Source of the DNA: Eledone cirrhosa
Taxonomy: Eukaryota
DNA length: 64,000 nt
Direction: 5' to 3'
Assembly: GCA_964016885.1 (NCBI GenBank)
Contig: OZ024740.1
Coordinates: 362,514,001-362,578,000 of the forward strand
Made by a program: the position numbers and the translations under genes. The notes under the pieces are model-generated. The model saw only the letters and a program-made list of their open reading frames with translations. It was not told the DNA's origin and ran no database searches. Every line of letters starts with the position of its first letter. The stretch's first letter is position 1. Shown here one piece after another: positions 39,900 to 56,871 of this stretch.

Positions 39900-40135
39900 C
39901 ACCTCCAACTATCTTATGCTCTGCCTCTTGGTGAATACATTGCCCCACCTGTGGACAGCCAACTCTGCTCCAACAGCTGTGAGCAGGGATGTGGTCCAGG
40001 GGCCAAGAACATGGGATGTTTCCTCTGATACAGGCTCTACCACAAACCTATCAGAGAGTGGTTGATACTTGGACAGTTTTCCCTCTTTGGCCTGGTGGGC
40101 TGCGGAGCTTGGGTTTGTAGTCAAATGCACTAAGT
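39900..40135 (-). mobile_element. Relic of a restriction-like endonuclease C-terminus (CRE-type non-LTR element)
   Basis: AAHQAKEGKLSKYQPLSDRFVVEPVSEETSHVLGP..SLLTAVG fits the K..KY..L....F.P...ET.G..G pattern of RLE-encoding LINEs. Confidence 0.6.
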
Positions 40136-41997
40136 TGCCTCTAAAAATGGTAGTGTCTTGATATATGGTTCTTATGTAAAATTATGTTGGAAGATTTTAA
40201 TTTGAATAGTAACCCTTTAAAATGGATTGTCCAGTTTGATAGAACCAGAGCTGGTTTTGGTTGGGTTAACATTAAAAGGGTTAAATTTCTTTTAACTCAA
40301 TGAAGCCTATATCATTAATCCTTTTGTTATATATTTCTAATGAAATAGATTACCTATTTGTATGTATTAATTTTGAAAATAAAAATAATTTAATGAGATT
40401 ACTAACAAAAAAGTTAGTAAGTTGATCTTTGAAACATTACTTAACAAAAATTTCATTAAAAAAATTATGATGGAAAGCTTTTAGATAAACAAGAACATTT
40501 TAAAATTAACAGTTTAGTATCATAAACCCAGGGCAGTTTCAGATGGGTAAATATCGAAAGGATTAATTCACTGGTGTTAATTTTAATACCCATGTCTCTA
40601 CAGTAAAATATATAGCTTTGTACTTAGACAAAGGAAATCCTATGGACATAGATTAGTGCTGTATTGAGAAATATAAAAATATAAACATATATTTGACATA
40701 CAGATATTGATTTCATGTTTAATATCATTGAAATGAAAACTGAATAAGAAAATGTCTCCCCATTTTCACACTGAGAAAAACATCATGAACACACACATAT
40801 AATTTCTATTTTAAAAGCTATGAAAACATCTATAACTAGTATGACCACTTGTATCATTCTCCTGAATATATAATAAACATAATATTTACCAGACTTTAAG
40901 TTCTTTTTTATATTTAATATTTATATGTAAATATTGTAGCCATTCCATTATATGCTTAACGTGCTTCAGAGCGATTTTTTTTTTTTTTTTTTTTTTTTTA
41001 GATATTTCTGATTAAATGTTCCTGCTGACAAAAATAGCCTGCTTGTTTCTTTGGACAGACTAAGTCTATATAGGGATATTTAGGTTGCTAGCTGTCATAG
41101 TAACATTTTGTTAATTCTAAAATTTTGGTTACTGATAAGTAGTACTTTGGTGGCTGACATACTACACAAGAAACCACTTAGTATTTGCCTATTAGCATTT
41201 GACCTGTCATATATTTAAGTGTATTATGTTATTCTGTACATGTGTATATTTTTCTGATTTAAATGTTTCCTCCGATTGTCTCGTCATTCAAGAATGATAT
41301 TTAGTTTGCTAATTTGCTGGAAAGTAAATTAATATATTCGTTTAAAAATAAGAAACAGTTTCCCACCAAAATATATAGTTGATGGCAAGAAAACTTTGTT
41401 GAAATTGATAACAAACAACAACAAAATGTTGAATCACATGGAAAAGTTTTCATATAAACAAATATGTTTACGAGTTTTGGTGTTTGCAAGAATTGGATAA
41501 ATCTTTGAGCTTTTATATGAAGGTACTTTCATATTTTCAATTTTGCATCGTGTACTTTGTAATACATCTTGTAGTTAGAGTTTGTTAACACTTAATGTCC
41601 TGTATCGCATGAAACAATATTAGCAAGTAATGGCATAACATGAGTTTTGACCGCTTTATGTGTTTACTGAATTTATTGACCCTCCCTTAACTCTTTAGCA
41701 TTTGTATTACTCTATATTTACTTGTGGAACCTCAGGATTTCATTAGAACCCACTTTAGAAAACATTGACATAGAGAAAAAAATATAAAAAATATATTTCT
41801 TTCATTATGTTCCTCTAATTCAGTTATGGCAATAAGTTTAACTTGTTTAATAACCATATTTAAACAAATATAAATATTTATGTTACTAACACGTAGTTGT
41901 ACTTTAGCAGCTCACTTATACAAGAAAGCACTTTGATTATAACTAAATATGTATATTGTTTTATTCCTTTATTCTCTACATTCTTATTCTGTACATT

Positions 41998-42283
41998 CAG
42001 GGCTGACACTACCATATAGGCAAACTAGGCAGCCACCTAGGGCGCTGATTTCAGGGGGTGCATTTCACCAAATCAACAACAATTTTGGAAAATAAATAAA
42101 TAAATTTCAGTTTTATTAAGGGTCAATTTTTATCCTGGTCTATTTCATCCAGGGACAAATAAATGTTGAAAAAAAAAAAAAAAAAATTTATTGTTTATAA
42201 ATTTTGAAATTGGTATTATCCTGAAAGCGGTGGGGGCATAATCTAACCTTGCCTAGGGTGCCAGATAGTCTGACACTCCCCCA
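41998..42283. mobile_element. Probable hAT-type MITE
   Basis: Starts CAGGGC; subterminal CCTAGGGCG and TGCCTAGGGTGCC. Flanked by an 8-bp near-direct repeat TGTACATT/TGTACATG. The right TIR is degenerate. Confidence 0.55.
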
Positions 42284-45200
42284 TGTACATGCATACAGTT
42301 TCTGGTTTAAATGTTTTCTTTGATTCAAGAGAATATAACAATTTTCTTTTTGTGGAGATTACAAGTTTGAGCAGAGAAATTGTTTATATTCTTTACGGTA
42401 AAGAATGAAAATTAGGCTGTATCAAATGAAATACTTTTTATATGCATGTAAAAGTCAAATTGTTTAAAATTTTAGGTTACATTTATGGGGTTGACTATTG
42501 CGTGGATATGCTTTTTGACTGGATAAAACTGATACTACAATACAAAATACTGTAAAACTAAGCAGAAGCCCAGATGGATTAAGAATTAATAAAATCAAAA
42601 CAATGAATTTCAGTAATAATGCCATACATTTCCTACTATCAAAATATAGGTATATCTACATAACTCTTATATTTCCACTTGTGGACATCAGAATATAATT
42701 GTAAAATTAAATTTCTTGTTGTAGCATTTATGCTCAGTATATTACCTCAATTCACAAATGTTTATCTGTTGTCTGTGAAGAACTAAAGTTGACATTTATA
42801 TGGAATACATGGGAATATCCAAATATTTTGGTAAAAAATGTGGTCGATTTTTACATGAGTATATGCAAAAGTTATTGTAGACACCACACAAGCTAATGAC
42901 AGAGCCCCAGCATGATTGCTCCACGTGCTAGAAATAACAGCCAAATCTTTCCTGAAATTGTACTCTATTATCTTTAAAAACATCTTGGATATATTGGATA
43001 ACATAGTCGTAGATGATTGTAATAGCTGGGACAACTTTGATGGCTAAATACAACACTTTCTACTTTAGGTGGGAGAGTAAGTTGATTCAAATGAACTCAG
43101 TACATGACTGGTATTTTATTTTATTAACTTTGGGGAGATGATAGACTAAATTGACCATGACAGGATTTCAATGAAGAATGTAAAGAGCCATAATAAAATG
43201 CTGCAAAATATTTAGTCCAATGCTCTAACTATTCTACATACCTACCATTACTCATATATATATCAACTGATATATGTTTTATGGTGATGAAATCCACTTA
43301 TCATCAACAAAAATCCAAATTCTTCTGGCATCATGCTGCTGTATGCTTATATTTAACTAAGTACAGACACTTTCCCTATCTAGGGAGGTACTGGTGCGAT
43401 GTAAATTATATTACAGACTGTTGCATCCATATCGTTAGATGGAGGAGAAAGAACAATTATCAAAGTTCTATCTAATTTCCTTTCCCTGTGGACATCCATC
43501 CTGGGTCAACTTTGTTTACCATCAACCTGATATCAATAAAATTGGTACTTGCAAGAATGAAAAATGAAATATACAGTTCACAGTTATGTATGTTTAACTG
43601 GCTTCTTGTGTGTTTTATTGATAGGGGTGTCAATTTTATCATGTTGTTACAGCTCACACCTATGTACATTTAGCTAAGCTCCTTCAAGTTTGTATCTCAT
43701 AAGTTTCTCTGGTGTTTTAATGATAGAGGCCCTAGTTCTATAATGATGTTGTTATGGCTCACTCCTGTGTAGGTTTAGCTGGCCTCCTCTGAGATTGCAT
43801 CTCATAGGAGGTATTTGGGGGTGCCTTAATGATAGGAACCCCAGACCAATTATGAAAATCAAAGTGAAATGAAGCATCTTGCTCACAAACAGAATTCTCC
43901 ATTCAGTCTAGAAATCAAACACATTACCTTGGTTGTCTTTAAAAAGCATAAAATTAATGAAGGATATAATCTATATAATAATGATTTCTATTATAGGCAC
44001 AAGGCCAGCAATTTGAAGGGAGGTGGGAGTCAATTAAATCAACCCCAGTGTATTACTGGTGCTTTATTTTTATTAACCCCATAAGGATGAAAAGCACAGC
44101 TAACCTCGGCAGAATTTAAACTCAGAATGTAAAGGTTTGTAACTCTATGCTGTGAAGCATGTTGTCCGACGCTCTACTGATACTGCTAATCCGCTCCTTT
44201 AATCTATATAATAATTGTTTCTACTTTTGGCACAAGGCCAGTAATTATCCCAGTTCATTGCTAGTATTTTATTTTATTGACCCCCATAAGGATGAAAGGC
44301 AAAGTTAACCTCGGCGGAATTTAAACTCAGAATGGCAAGGGGTTAACTCTATGCGTCAAAGCATGGCATCCGACCCTCTACCGATACTGCAAATCCACCC
44401 TATATAATGATGTTTGTCAAATTTGTCTGTCACTCTATATCTCAGCATCATTTACAAGAAGTAATTTACATTAGTTAAAAGTTTCATGCAATATATAATA
44501 TTTAATTAATTACACCAATTGTTTATGTGGAAATTCCATTGTTTATAAGAAACAACCATCAAATATTAAAGATCAATATCATATTTTATATGTTTTATAC
44601 ATACACACAAATAATATAATCGTCTTAGGTTTAAAAAAACAAAATGTTCATTGTTGCTGCTGCATCCACCACTGTTGACTCTTTCTTTCTTCTTTCCATA
44701 AAGATGTGTTACTGCATTGGATTAAAAGAACATTTGACGTTATTATAATCACTACTCTCTCTCTCTTCCTCCTCTTTCAGATACACTCTTACTACCCCTT
44801 TTCTAGATTGATTCATCAAGTCAGTCTTATTTATATTTTATAAATAACACTTGCATGTTTTTAATATATCCATGCTTGAAATCATTTTCATAAATATCCA
44901 TGCTAGCGTGGAAGATAGATGTTAAACGATGATGATGATATACAGAATGCACCCAATACACTCTGTAAAGTGACTGGTGATAGGAAGTACATCCAGCCAT
45001 AAAAAGACTTGCCAAATATAAGATCAGGAGGACTCTTCAGTTGTGTCAAAGGCATGACAACCTCCTTCATGCTGGTGTCATGATAAAATCAAAGCAGAGC
45101 AGTATGTAGTGTGGGAATATGAGTTACGTCTCCTGCCACCACCATTAAAAAAGAAAGAAAGGCCTATCTGAGAGGTCAAACATTTGCTAGCAAGGAGAAC

Positions 45201-46000
45201 AGTGTTAAATTGTGATGATGATAACATTTTATAAACTTTTGTAAAATATAAGAAGTTATTTTTTTATTTTATGAATTTAGAAAGTGAAAGTCAGCAAAAT
45301 AGTGAATAGCTGTTTGGAGGCCTATTTAAAGAGCACAGTTGGTTTATATATCTATACTTAAAAATTTTAGGTTAGAATATGACATTAAATGAAAATATCA
45401 GAGGCACCATCAAATTATTTTGACATTTTCACAGTGATTAGTTAGCACTCTCTCTATATGTGCGTAATAATAATACTGTTTCAAAATTGTAATTTGTGTG
45501 CAAGGTATCTGGCATAATTTTACTGTTAATAAATGCGACAATTTTCTAAATTTTTTTTTTCTTTTAGTTATAAACTTAACCTTTTCCATACCAAACGATC
45601 TGAAACTGTTCCTAGTTTTAGGATAGAAAACTGTTTGTTTTAAAAGTGTTTATAATTATCTAAAACATTTAAGTATTTAAAAATAATAGGCAGGGTCTTT
45701 CATTAGAAATATGGTAATAATAGTTTTAATGTAAGTGTGTAAGTGAACTAGGGATTCAAACTTTGAGATGATATTTACACATACATTATCCAATGATATT
45801 ACTGTTCTCAAATTTATGCACAAAATGGTTTTGGGACAACTTTTTCTCCAAAGTCTAATTCATTATATTGGTCAATGAGAAACTTGTGAATAATGGTCAA
45901 GAAATGTGTTAAATGTCTCAACAGAAGTAGTAATACTTTGAATGCAAGTGTAGGAGATAAATATGTATGCATGCATGGTTTCATTATTTTATAAATTTTA

Positions 46001-46510
46001 GGGCGGTGGATTGGCAGTATAGGTAGAGAGTCGGACGCCATGCTTTCCAGCATAGTTACGTCCCTTTACGATCCGAGTTCAAATCCCGCCGAGGTTAACT
46101 TTGCCTTTCATCCTTACGGGGTCGATAAAATAAAGTACCAGTAATGTACTGGCCTTGTGCCAAATGTAGAAACAATTATTTTATAAATTTTAAAGGACAG
46201 TGGATTGGGAATATCAGTAGAGAGTCGGAGACCATGCTTTGCACTATAGAGTTACGATCCTTTACGGTCTGAGTTCAAATCCCGCTGAGGTTAACTTTGC
46301 CTTTCATCCTTACGAGATCAATAAAATTAAGTACCAGTCATGTACTGGGGTCGATTTAATCGACTTTCCCCTCTCCCCAAATAACTGGCCTTGTGTCGAT
46401 ACTAGAAATCATTATTTTATTAATTTTTCTACTTTTAGCACAAGGCCAGCAATTACCCAGTACCAGTAATGCACTGGGTTATTGCTGGCCTTGTGCCAAA
46501 AGTAGAAACA
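46001..46510 (+). mobile_element. Cluster of tRNA-headed SINEs inserted serially at one target
   Basis: Two full copies (46001-46174 and ~46195-46410) plus tail fragments. Target ATTATTTTATAAATTTT recurs at 45983, 46175 and 46511. Confidence 0.85.
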
Positions 46511-46740
46511 ATTATTTTATAAATTTTTACCAATAGTCAGTTTCTAACATAGACACAAGATTCTTTAATTGAGATTTAGACAACATCAACTAGGTAAATA
46601 TATATGCATGTCTGCATGCATGTGTGTGTGCATGTATAGATGTTATTATATGTGTGGATCTGTATGCTTTGAGTTATATATATATATATATTAAAATATA
46701 AATATTAATAAAATAGATGTTCTTTTGATCAATTACATTT

Positions 46741-46790
46741 TATTATACATATTTCGGATGTACAACAGTACGTCCTCATCAGACAAAATA
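46741..46790 (-). ncRNA. Minimal Penelope-type hammerhead ribozyme motif
   Basis: Minus strand tttgt-CUGAUGA-GGACGUAC-uguu-GUACAUCC-GAAA-UAUGUA. Both core boxes are intact and stem II pairs at 7/8 positions; stems I and III are weak. It lies in a ~155-bp island between (TA)n tracts. Confidence 0.6.
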
Positions 46791-46845
46791 TAATGATACA
46801 TGACATACCCTGAGATGTTAAATGGTTAAGATTTAATCAAGGAAG

Positions 46846-46912
<67 letters not shown>

Positions 46913-49705
46913 CATGTTCACATATTTTCTATCTATACATGTGTATATGCAGTTATTACATGCAGAATGTTTTGAATGTTTTACATATTATTACAGTTCT
47001 ATTAATGGATTTTACTATGTGTGTGTATGTATGTGTCTGTGTGTATGTATGTATATGTATGTATCTGTGTGTGTGTCTGTGTACTTCTGGCTTTATTTGT
47101 TTAGTAATTTCTCAACAGTAGAGAGGGAGAGAGAGAGCTGGTTTTTAACATAAAAACAAAACTCTTTCATTAGAATTTAGACATCAATTTGGTAAGTGTG
47201 TGTGTGTGTGTGCATACGCGTGCAAATATGTATGTCATTGCATGTGTGGATCTGTATGGTTTGATATACATGTGAACGTTTCTATATGTGTGTACTTGCA
47301 CTTATTACATGCTGTGTATGTAGTGTCTAACAGTAACAGCACAAATCAACTAATTTATTTAGTTGAATATTTTGTCATGTTGTTAGCTCAAATTTGCTAA
47401 TTAATTATACAGAAAAATTAAGATGAATTAACTCATTACATCTTGTATTCATTTATGTATATTAGTGCCATCATTTAAAAAACCAAACATATATGATACT
47501 GCATTATAAGTATGTTTAAAGATGATTAACTCTTAATGATAATCACATCAACAAAACATTCTTGAAAAGTACGAAACCATACTATGACTGCATTACATTA
47601 AAATGTTGTGTCTTTATTCTAATACTGCAAAGGCTCAGTAAAGATACTATAAACATTTGAATTAACAAACCTGTTATTAAATATTTTCTGCTAAATCATT
47701 GCTAAAATATTAAGAGTTAATAATTAAACTTATAATTTTATTAATTCTTTTATACTTATATTCTTTTACTGTCTTTACTCATTGAATTAGGGCCATGTTG
47801 GGACACTGCCTGGAACAGCTCGAATCCCATTACTAAATGCCATGATAAAATACACCCAGTAAACTCTGTAAAGTGGTAGAGTTGATGCCATGATAAAATG
47901 TACCCAGCCCATCTATAAAGTGCTAGTGCTAGTATAAAGTGGCACTGCTGGTGTCACAATAAAATGTACCCAGTACATGTTGTAAAGTCATCCAACCACA
48001 GAAATCATAGCAAAATGAAATTTATGAGCTATATATAGTCATCTATCCTGTCTAATCTTAGAATACAACAACCAGTCCAACTCCTGCAGCCATGGAAATT
48101 GCATAAAATGGCAATAATGATGATAATGATATTCAAAAAATACATATTAATTTTAAAATAACCTTTTGTGATCATAATATAGTTAATTGTTTCTACTTTT
48201 GGCACAAGGCCAGCAAATTACACAGTACATTACTGGTACTTTATTTTATCGACCCCGTAAGGATGAAAAGTTAACCTCGGCGGGATATAGATAATGATAT
48301 TTTACATGTTTCCATTTTTTAAATGACTGTCTTGTTACTCATCCTGTTATTTACATCCCATTTGTACATATGTAAAAGTCATTCTAGATGAAGAAAAGTT
48401 ATTTACTTTCATTCATCTCGAATCCATTTGGGCTCCTGCTTCTTTTTATGGTATTTTTTATTGTAGTTTGAATTTCAGCCCCTCAAAAGTAGTGTCTATG
48501 TAATAGTTGACCTCATAAATTTAATATTAAAAAATCGTCTAAAAAATTCGACTTGTACATGAGTGTATATGGTACTTATATATTCATGTATAAACTCGGA
48601 AAATTGTTATTTTTTTTATTCATAAACTTTTATAAATATAAACCTGACTGACATAATCAACTGAATGTCTTTTCTCCAGTTTTAGTAGTAATTCATAATA
48701 AATATAAATTTATTATGGAGAATTTCCTAATGCTGGAAGTTAATTTCAGTTATCTTAAATTCTCTGATGTTTGCATGCGTTTCATTCTTATTCTCTACTT
48801 CTATTATTACGTCCTGTACCACATGAAACCGCATTAGCCAGATATTCTTAAGGTATTTGTTTTAGCACTACAATTTTTCACTAGCAAAGATACTATAAAC
48901 ATTTAAATTAATAAACACATTTGTAGATAGTTTTTGCTAATTAACAGGATGTTAAGAACTAATACAAAATTAACATAATTTTGTTATATGAAATAATAAA
49001 CATTTTTTTTTTAGTTTGTGTGTGTGCAGGCTAGGATGTGTGGTTAAGGAGTTTGCTTCAAAACCATGTAGTTCTGGGTTCAGTCCCACTGCAATTCACC
49101 TTGAGCAAATATTTTCTGCTGTAATGCCTTGCGGGTGGAATTTGGTAGTCAGGAACTGAAAAAGTTCATTGTGTGTGTGTCCATCCAAATCTGTGTTTAT
49201 GTCCCAAAAAATATCAGTTCAACAATAAAAAGGAGAGTAATGAAATATAAACCAGTCTTGGGAAAAGTAAGTACTCAGATCAATATGATCCATTAAATCA
49301 TGGCAGTGTCCTAGACTGAGTACAGTTTCATGACTAAAAGCAGTAAAAGAATAAAAGAATATTTATTATTGCCATAACATATCTGAACCAGTCAAATAAC
49401 ATTCCTTCTTATTTAACAGCAGTGTATGTAGTGAAGTTTTATATGCAACCTTTCCATATATGTCTGAAAAGTATGGCTAAGTTGTTTGCACTCATTTCAC
49501 AATAAATAGTTTAGGTCAATGTAATAATGTCAGAAGAAACCAGTTCTTGATGAAAGAAATATTTGTAACTGAATTTTTTTTTCTGTCAATGCTTTTTTCA
49601 ACCTTGTAAGTAGTAGATAGCCAGATATGTTGAGAAAATGACCATTGTTAAGGAAATAATAGCACTCCTGTTTGTTTGTTTTATGTATATCTGCACAAAT
49701 ACACA

Positions 49706-49851
<146 letters not shown>

Positions 49852-50391
49852 TATATATATATAGAGAGAGAGAAGAGCTTTATTAACATTTTCTTATTTT
49901 AATCATTGATCAGTTTCATTTAAAGAAGTAGATTACTTATTTTATGTGTAATTTTCATACTAGTTCGATTTTCTGACTATTAGTATAGTTAGATTGTTTT
50001 GCAAATTTAAGTACTCCAAAACAGAAAAAAGAAATATTAGTATCTATTCATAGAGCTGTCAATATTTTATTTTAAAGCAATCAGTTTATTTTTATAAGGT
50101 GTGCATTAAACCCTTCTTTATCATATTTCTAATGAAATACACTGTATCTGATTTAATTAATGAAGAATTTAGTGTTTCACTCAAGTTATTTCATTAAGAT
50201 GGGATTTGTAATATAACTTAAAAGGTTCTTATATCAAATTATATTAGACTTTGAGGCAGTTTGGGGCAGGTTTTCTGTGACTTAAAAATATATTGAAAAC
50301 AGAAATTTAAAAATGGTTTTCAGAGGATTTTTATTGAATTCAAATTTTTTTCTAAATTGATATTGAATTTTATTTTCACAATAATTTGCAG

Positions 50392-50487
50392 GAGAAGACC
50401 AAAGAAAGTAACTTTCGGGAAGAAATGGAAAAAGAATTATATGAGAAAGACTATCAACTTCAAAATTTTATTGCAAAGCAGAAAGAT
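50392..50487 (+). CDS. CRACR2A: CRACR2A-like coding exon 5 (coiled coil)
   Basis: Acceptor atttgcag| and donor |GTAATC; 96 nt, phase 0/0. Reads EKTKESNFREEMEKELYEKDYQLQNFIAKQKD. Confidence 0.85.
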
Positions 50488-50530
50488 GTAATCGTTTTAT
50501 TTCTTTTTATCCCTATTTTGCTTTTAACAC

Positions 50531-50870
50531 TTAACATCCTGTACCACATGAAACAGCATTAGAAAGAGATTTTTGAAAAGTATAAAACAGAGCTATGACT
50601 GCATCATATTAAAAAAACTAAAGTCTGTATTTTCACAGTGATCTGTCCACTAGTAAAGATACTATAAACATTTGATTTAACAAACCACATTAGCAAGGCA
50701 TCTTTGAAAAGTACAAAACAGGACTATGACTGCATCATATTAGAAGTTGAAATCTTTACTTAATTACTGCTGCAAATTTTCACAACTATCTGTCTGGTAG
50801 TAAAGATATAAAAATTTGAATTAACATATGTTTTTTAGACATTTTCTGATAAATCATTGCAGGATGTTAA
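50531..50870. mobile_element. TTAA-flanked MITE, second family
   Basis: TIRs TTAACATCCTG and CAGGATGTTAA, with an internal tandem duplication. Relatives at ~35640-36020, 47555-47720 and 48808-48955. Confidence 0.7.
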
Positions 50871-51297
50871 ATGCTAGACTATAGATGAAACATTATTCAT
50901 ATTTGAATCTGTCTCACATTTGTTGAAAAACAAAAAATTGAGGAATTAACTGCCTTTCAATAAAATACTTATATTTTAAAGTTTTTGTAATGAGCAATGT
51001 AAAATAGTCAAGTCATTAAACATTACTTGTTTCACCCCTGCATTAAACCCTTTAACTTTTATTTCCCTTATATACCTGAACACTTTGACAAATGCATAAA
51101 AGTTATACATATTAGCCTTTCTAAATCCACTTATGAACATCTTTCTAAAGTAAGATGCTTTTATAGAATCACAATATCTATTTTAAAATTTTATTCACAT
51201 CAATATTTCTTTATCTTGTAAAAACTATATTTGTGGTTTTTAAATATAAATAAATTGTTATATGTAGTTAAATTTGATTGTGTCACTTTACTTGCAG

Positions 51298-51369
51298 CTG
51301 GAACAAAAATTCCATGAAATTAATTATTCAGAAATGGAAGCTAAAACAACCAATGATCGTCTTGCTAAA
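51298..51369 (+). CDS. CRACR2A: CRACR2A-like coding exon 6 (coiled coil); gene continues beyond the window
   Basis: Acceptor tacttgcag| and donor |GTAAGT; 72 nt, phase 0/0. Reads LEQKFHEINYSEMEAKTTNDRLAK with no stop codon. Confidence 0.85.
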
Positions 51370-51714
51370 GTAAGTATGTATGCATATATTTGCTTAACTT
51401 AGATTTTTCTCTATGCCTTTGTAAATGTATGTAAGTTTGTATGTGTGTATATATATATATATACATATATATATATCTATATATATACACATATGCTGGT
51501 ACATATGTAATTATGTAAGGACATATATATGTAAATATGTATGTTCTTCTGGATATTTTTAAAAGATTTCTCACCAATAGAGAAAGAGCCGGTTTCTAAC
51601 AAGATTATATCATTGAAATAAAGTAGGTAATTATGTATATCGGTCTGCATGTGTATATGTGTACAGGTATGGCTGTTATTGCATGTCTGAATCTGTACAT
51701 TGTGAATTATTCAA

Positions 51715-51860
51715 TGTGTGTGTATATATATATGTGTGTGTGTATTTCTATATTTGTACACATATGTGCATGTATGTGTGTGTGAGTATAAATATATCTA
51801 TATCTATATGCATGTGTATATATGTATAAGAATATATGTATGTGCATATATGTATATATA

Positions 51861-51929
<69 letters not shown>

Positions 51930-52150
51930 GTGTGTATATATATATATGTGTATATATATATGTGTATATATATATATGTGTATATATATATATGTGTATA
52001 TATATATATGTGTATATATATATATGTGTATATATATATATGTGTATATATATATATGTGTATATATATATATATGTGTATATATATATATGTGTATATA
52101 TATATATATGTGTATATATATATATGTGTATATATATATGTGTATATATA

Positions 52151-52183
<33 letters not shown>

Positions 52184-52682
52184 GTGTATATATATATATG
52201 TGTATATATATATATGTGTATATATATATGTGTATATATATATGTGTATATATATATGTGTATATATATATGTGTATATATATATGTGTATATATATATG
52301 TGTATATATATATGTGTATATATATATGTGTATATATATATGTGTATATATATATGTGTATATATATATGTGTATATATATATGTGTATATATATATGTG
52401 TGTATATATATGTGTGTATATATATATGTGTGTATATATATATGTGTGTATATATATATGTGTGTATATATATGTGTGTATATATATGTGTGTATATATA
52501 TGTGTGTGTGTATATATATATATATATATGTGTGTGTATATATATATATATGTGTGTGTATATAAATATATATATGTGTGTGTATATATATATATATATA
52601 TGTGTGTGTATATATATATATATATATGTGTGTGTATATATATATATATATATGTGTGTGTATATATATATATATATGTGTG
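51715..52682. repeat. Compound (TA)nTG microsatellite array
   Basis: Directly visible in the sequence. Confidence 0.97.
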
Positions 52683-53156
52683 TCATCATCATCATCATCA
52701 CCGTTTTACGTCCGTTCTTCCACGCTAGCATGGGTTAGACGGGTTGTCCTGTTGTGGGCAGTGTCTGGTCGGCTGACCATGCCTTGCTCATACAGGAACT
52801 GATCTGGCTTGATTTCTACAGCTGGATGCCCTTCCTAACACCAACCTCATTTACAGTGAGTGCTGGGTGCTTTTTCGTGGCGCCTACACGTCCACTTTAC
52901 AGTGTGGGCTGGGTGCTTTTTTGCCGTGGCACCTCCACGACCACCTTGCGGTGGGGGGGGGGGCATATTGTTTATATGCTTCAGCATGTACCCATGGGAG
53001 GTCGGGTACCCTGTATTACTGCGTGACGTAGAAGTCACGGTCGTGTGTCATTGACTTTGAGAGGTGTAGTTGGGTAAGGTCGGCTTTTATCACCTCATCC
53101 CAAGTCATCTTGGGTCTCCCCACTCCGCGGTTTCCATCAACTTCTAGTGCTCTGCA
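52683..53156 (-). mobile_element. RTE LINE 3' fragment (lineage A')
   Basis: Near-identical to 5010-5487 in reverse complement ([25 protein letters not shown]). (TCA)n tail; embedded in TA/TG arrays. Confidence 0.9.
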
Positions 53157-55634
<2,478 letters not shown>

Positions 55635-56630
55635 TCATCATCATCATCATCATCAACGTTTAACGTCCGTGTTCCACGCTTGCATGGATTTGGACGGGGG
55701 TAGTCCCACTTGAGGCAAGAGTGATTGTCTTGCTCGCATAGGACTGTCTGGCAGGTTTTCTACAGTTGGATGCCCTTCCTAACACCAACCACATTTACAG
55801 TGTGGGTCTGGGAGGTTTTTACCGTGTTGCCTACACGGCCACATTACAGCGTGGACTGTGTGTTTTTTTGTCGTGACACCTACACGATCTCATTTGTTTC
55901 GGCCTGGATGGCGCGGCACCAACATAACTTTACATAGAACGGGGTGGTGTGGATGGGGGGGGGGGGTGTATTTTGTTAGAGATGCCTACTGGCAAGGCGG
56001 GTTCCAGTGACATTGTCTTGGAGAGGTGTAAGTGTGTGAGGTCGGAGTTTATCAGCTCGTCCCAGGTTTTTCTAGGTCTGCCTATTCCGTGGCTACCGTC
56101 TATCTTTCTTGCCCTGCACTTTGTTATACAGCTATCGACTTTCATGCGCATCACGTGTCCATACCAACGTAGCCTTCTCTCGAGTAAACAACATCTGATC
56201 CCTCTTAGTTCGTTTATGCTTTGCTGTTCACGTATATTACTGTTACACATCCAGCGGAGCATGCAAGCTTCATTCCTCTCTAGTCTGCGTATATCCTCTG
56301 CACACAATGCCCAGGTCTCACTGCCATGCAACATTGCTGTTCGTATGCAGGCATCATACAACCTGCCTTTCATTTTTAGGGAGAACCCTTTAGCAGCTAA
56401 TAGTGGTATAAGCTCTCTGAACTTTTTCCAACCAGTTCTGACTCTAGCTACTGTAATTTCAGAGCACCTTCCCCCACTGCTGATTTTATCGCCCAGGTAA
56501 CGGAAGCTGTCCACTATTTCTATAGAACCCTCTGCGCAATTGAAAGAGCTAGTATTTTGTGGGCACTTGCTGCTACTTATTGCACCAGAACACCGGCCAC
56601 ATGTAAAATCTATGTTCTTAGTTAGCTTAC

Positions 56631-56634
<4 letters not shown>
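55635..56634 (-). mobile_element. 5'-truncated RTE LINE (lineage A), with small internal deletions
   Basis: ORF 55930-56514(-) nearly matches the C-terminus of 16652-19636. (TCA)n tail at 55635. Confidence 0.92.
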
Positions 56635-56690
<56 letters not shown>

Positions 56691-56707
56691 CTATACATAT
56701 ATATATA

Positions 56708-56809
<102 letters not shown>

Positions 56810-56815
56810 AATCTG

Positions 56816-56870
<55 letters not shown>

Positions 56871-56871
<1 letters not shown>

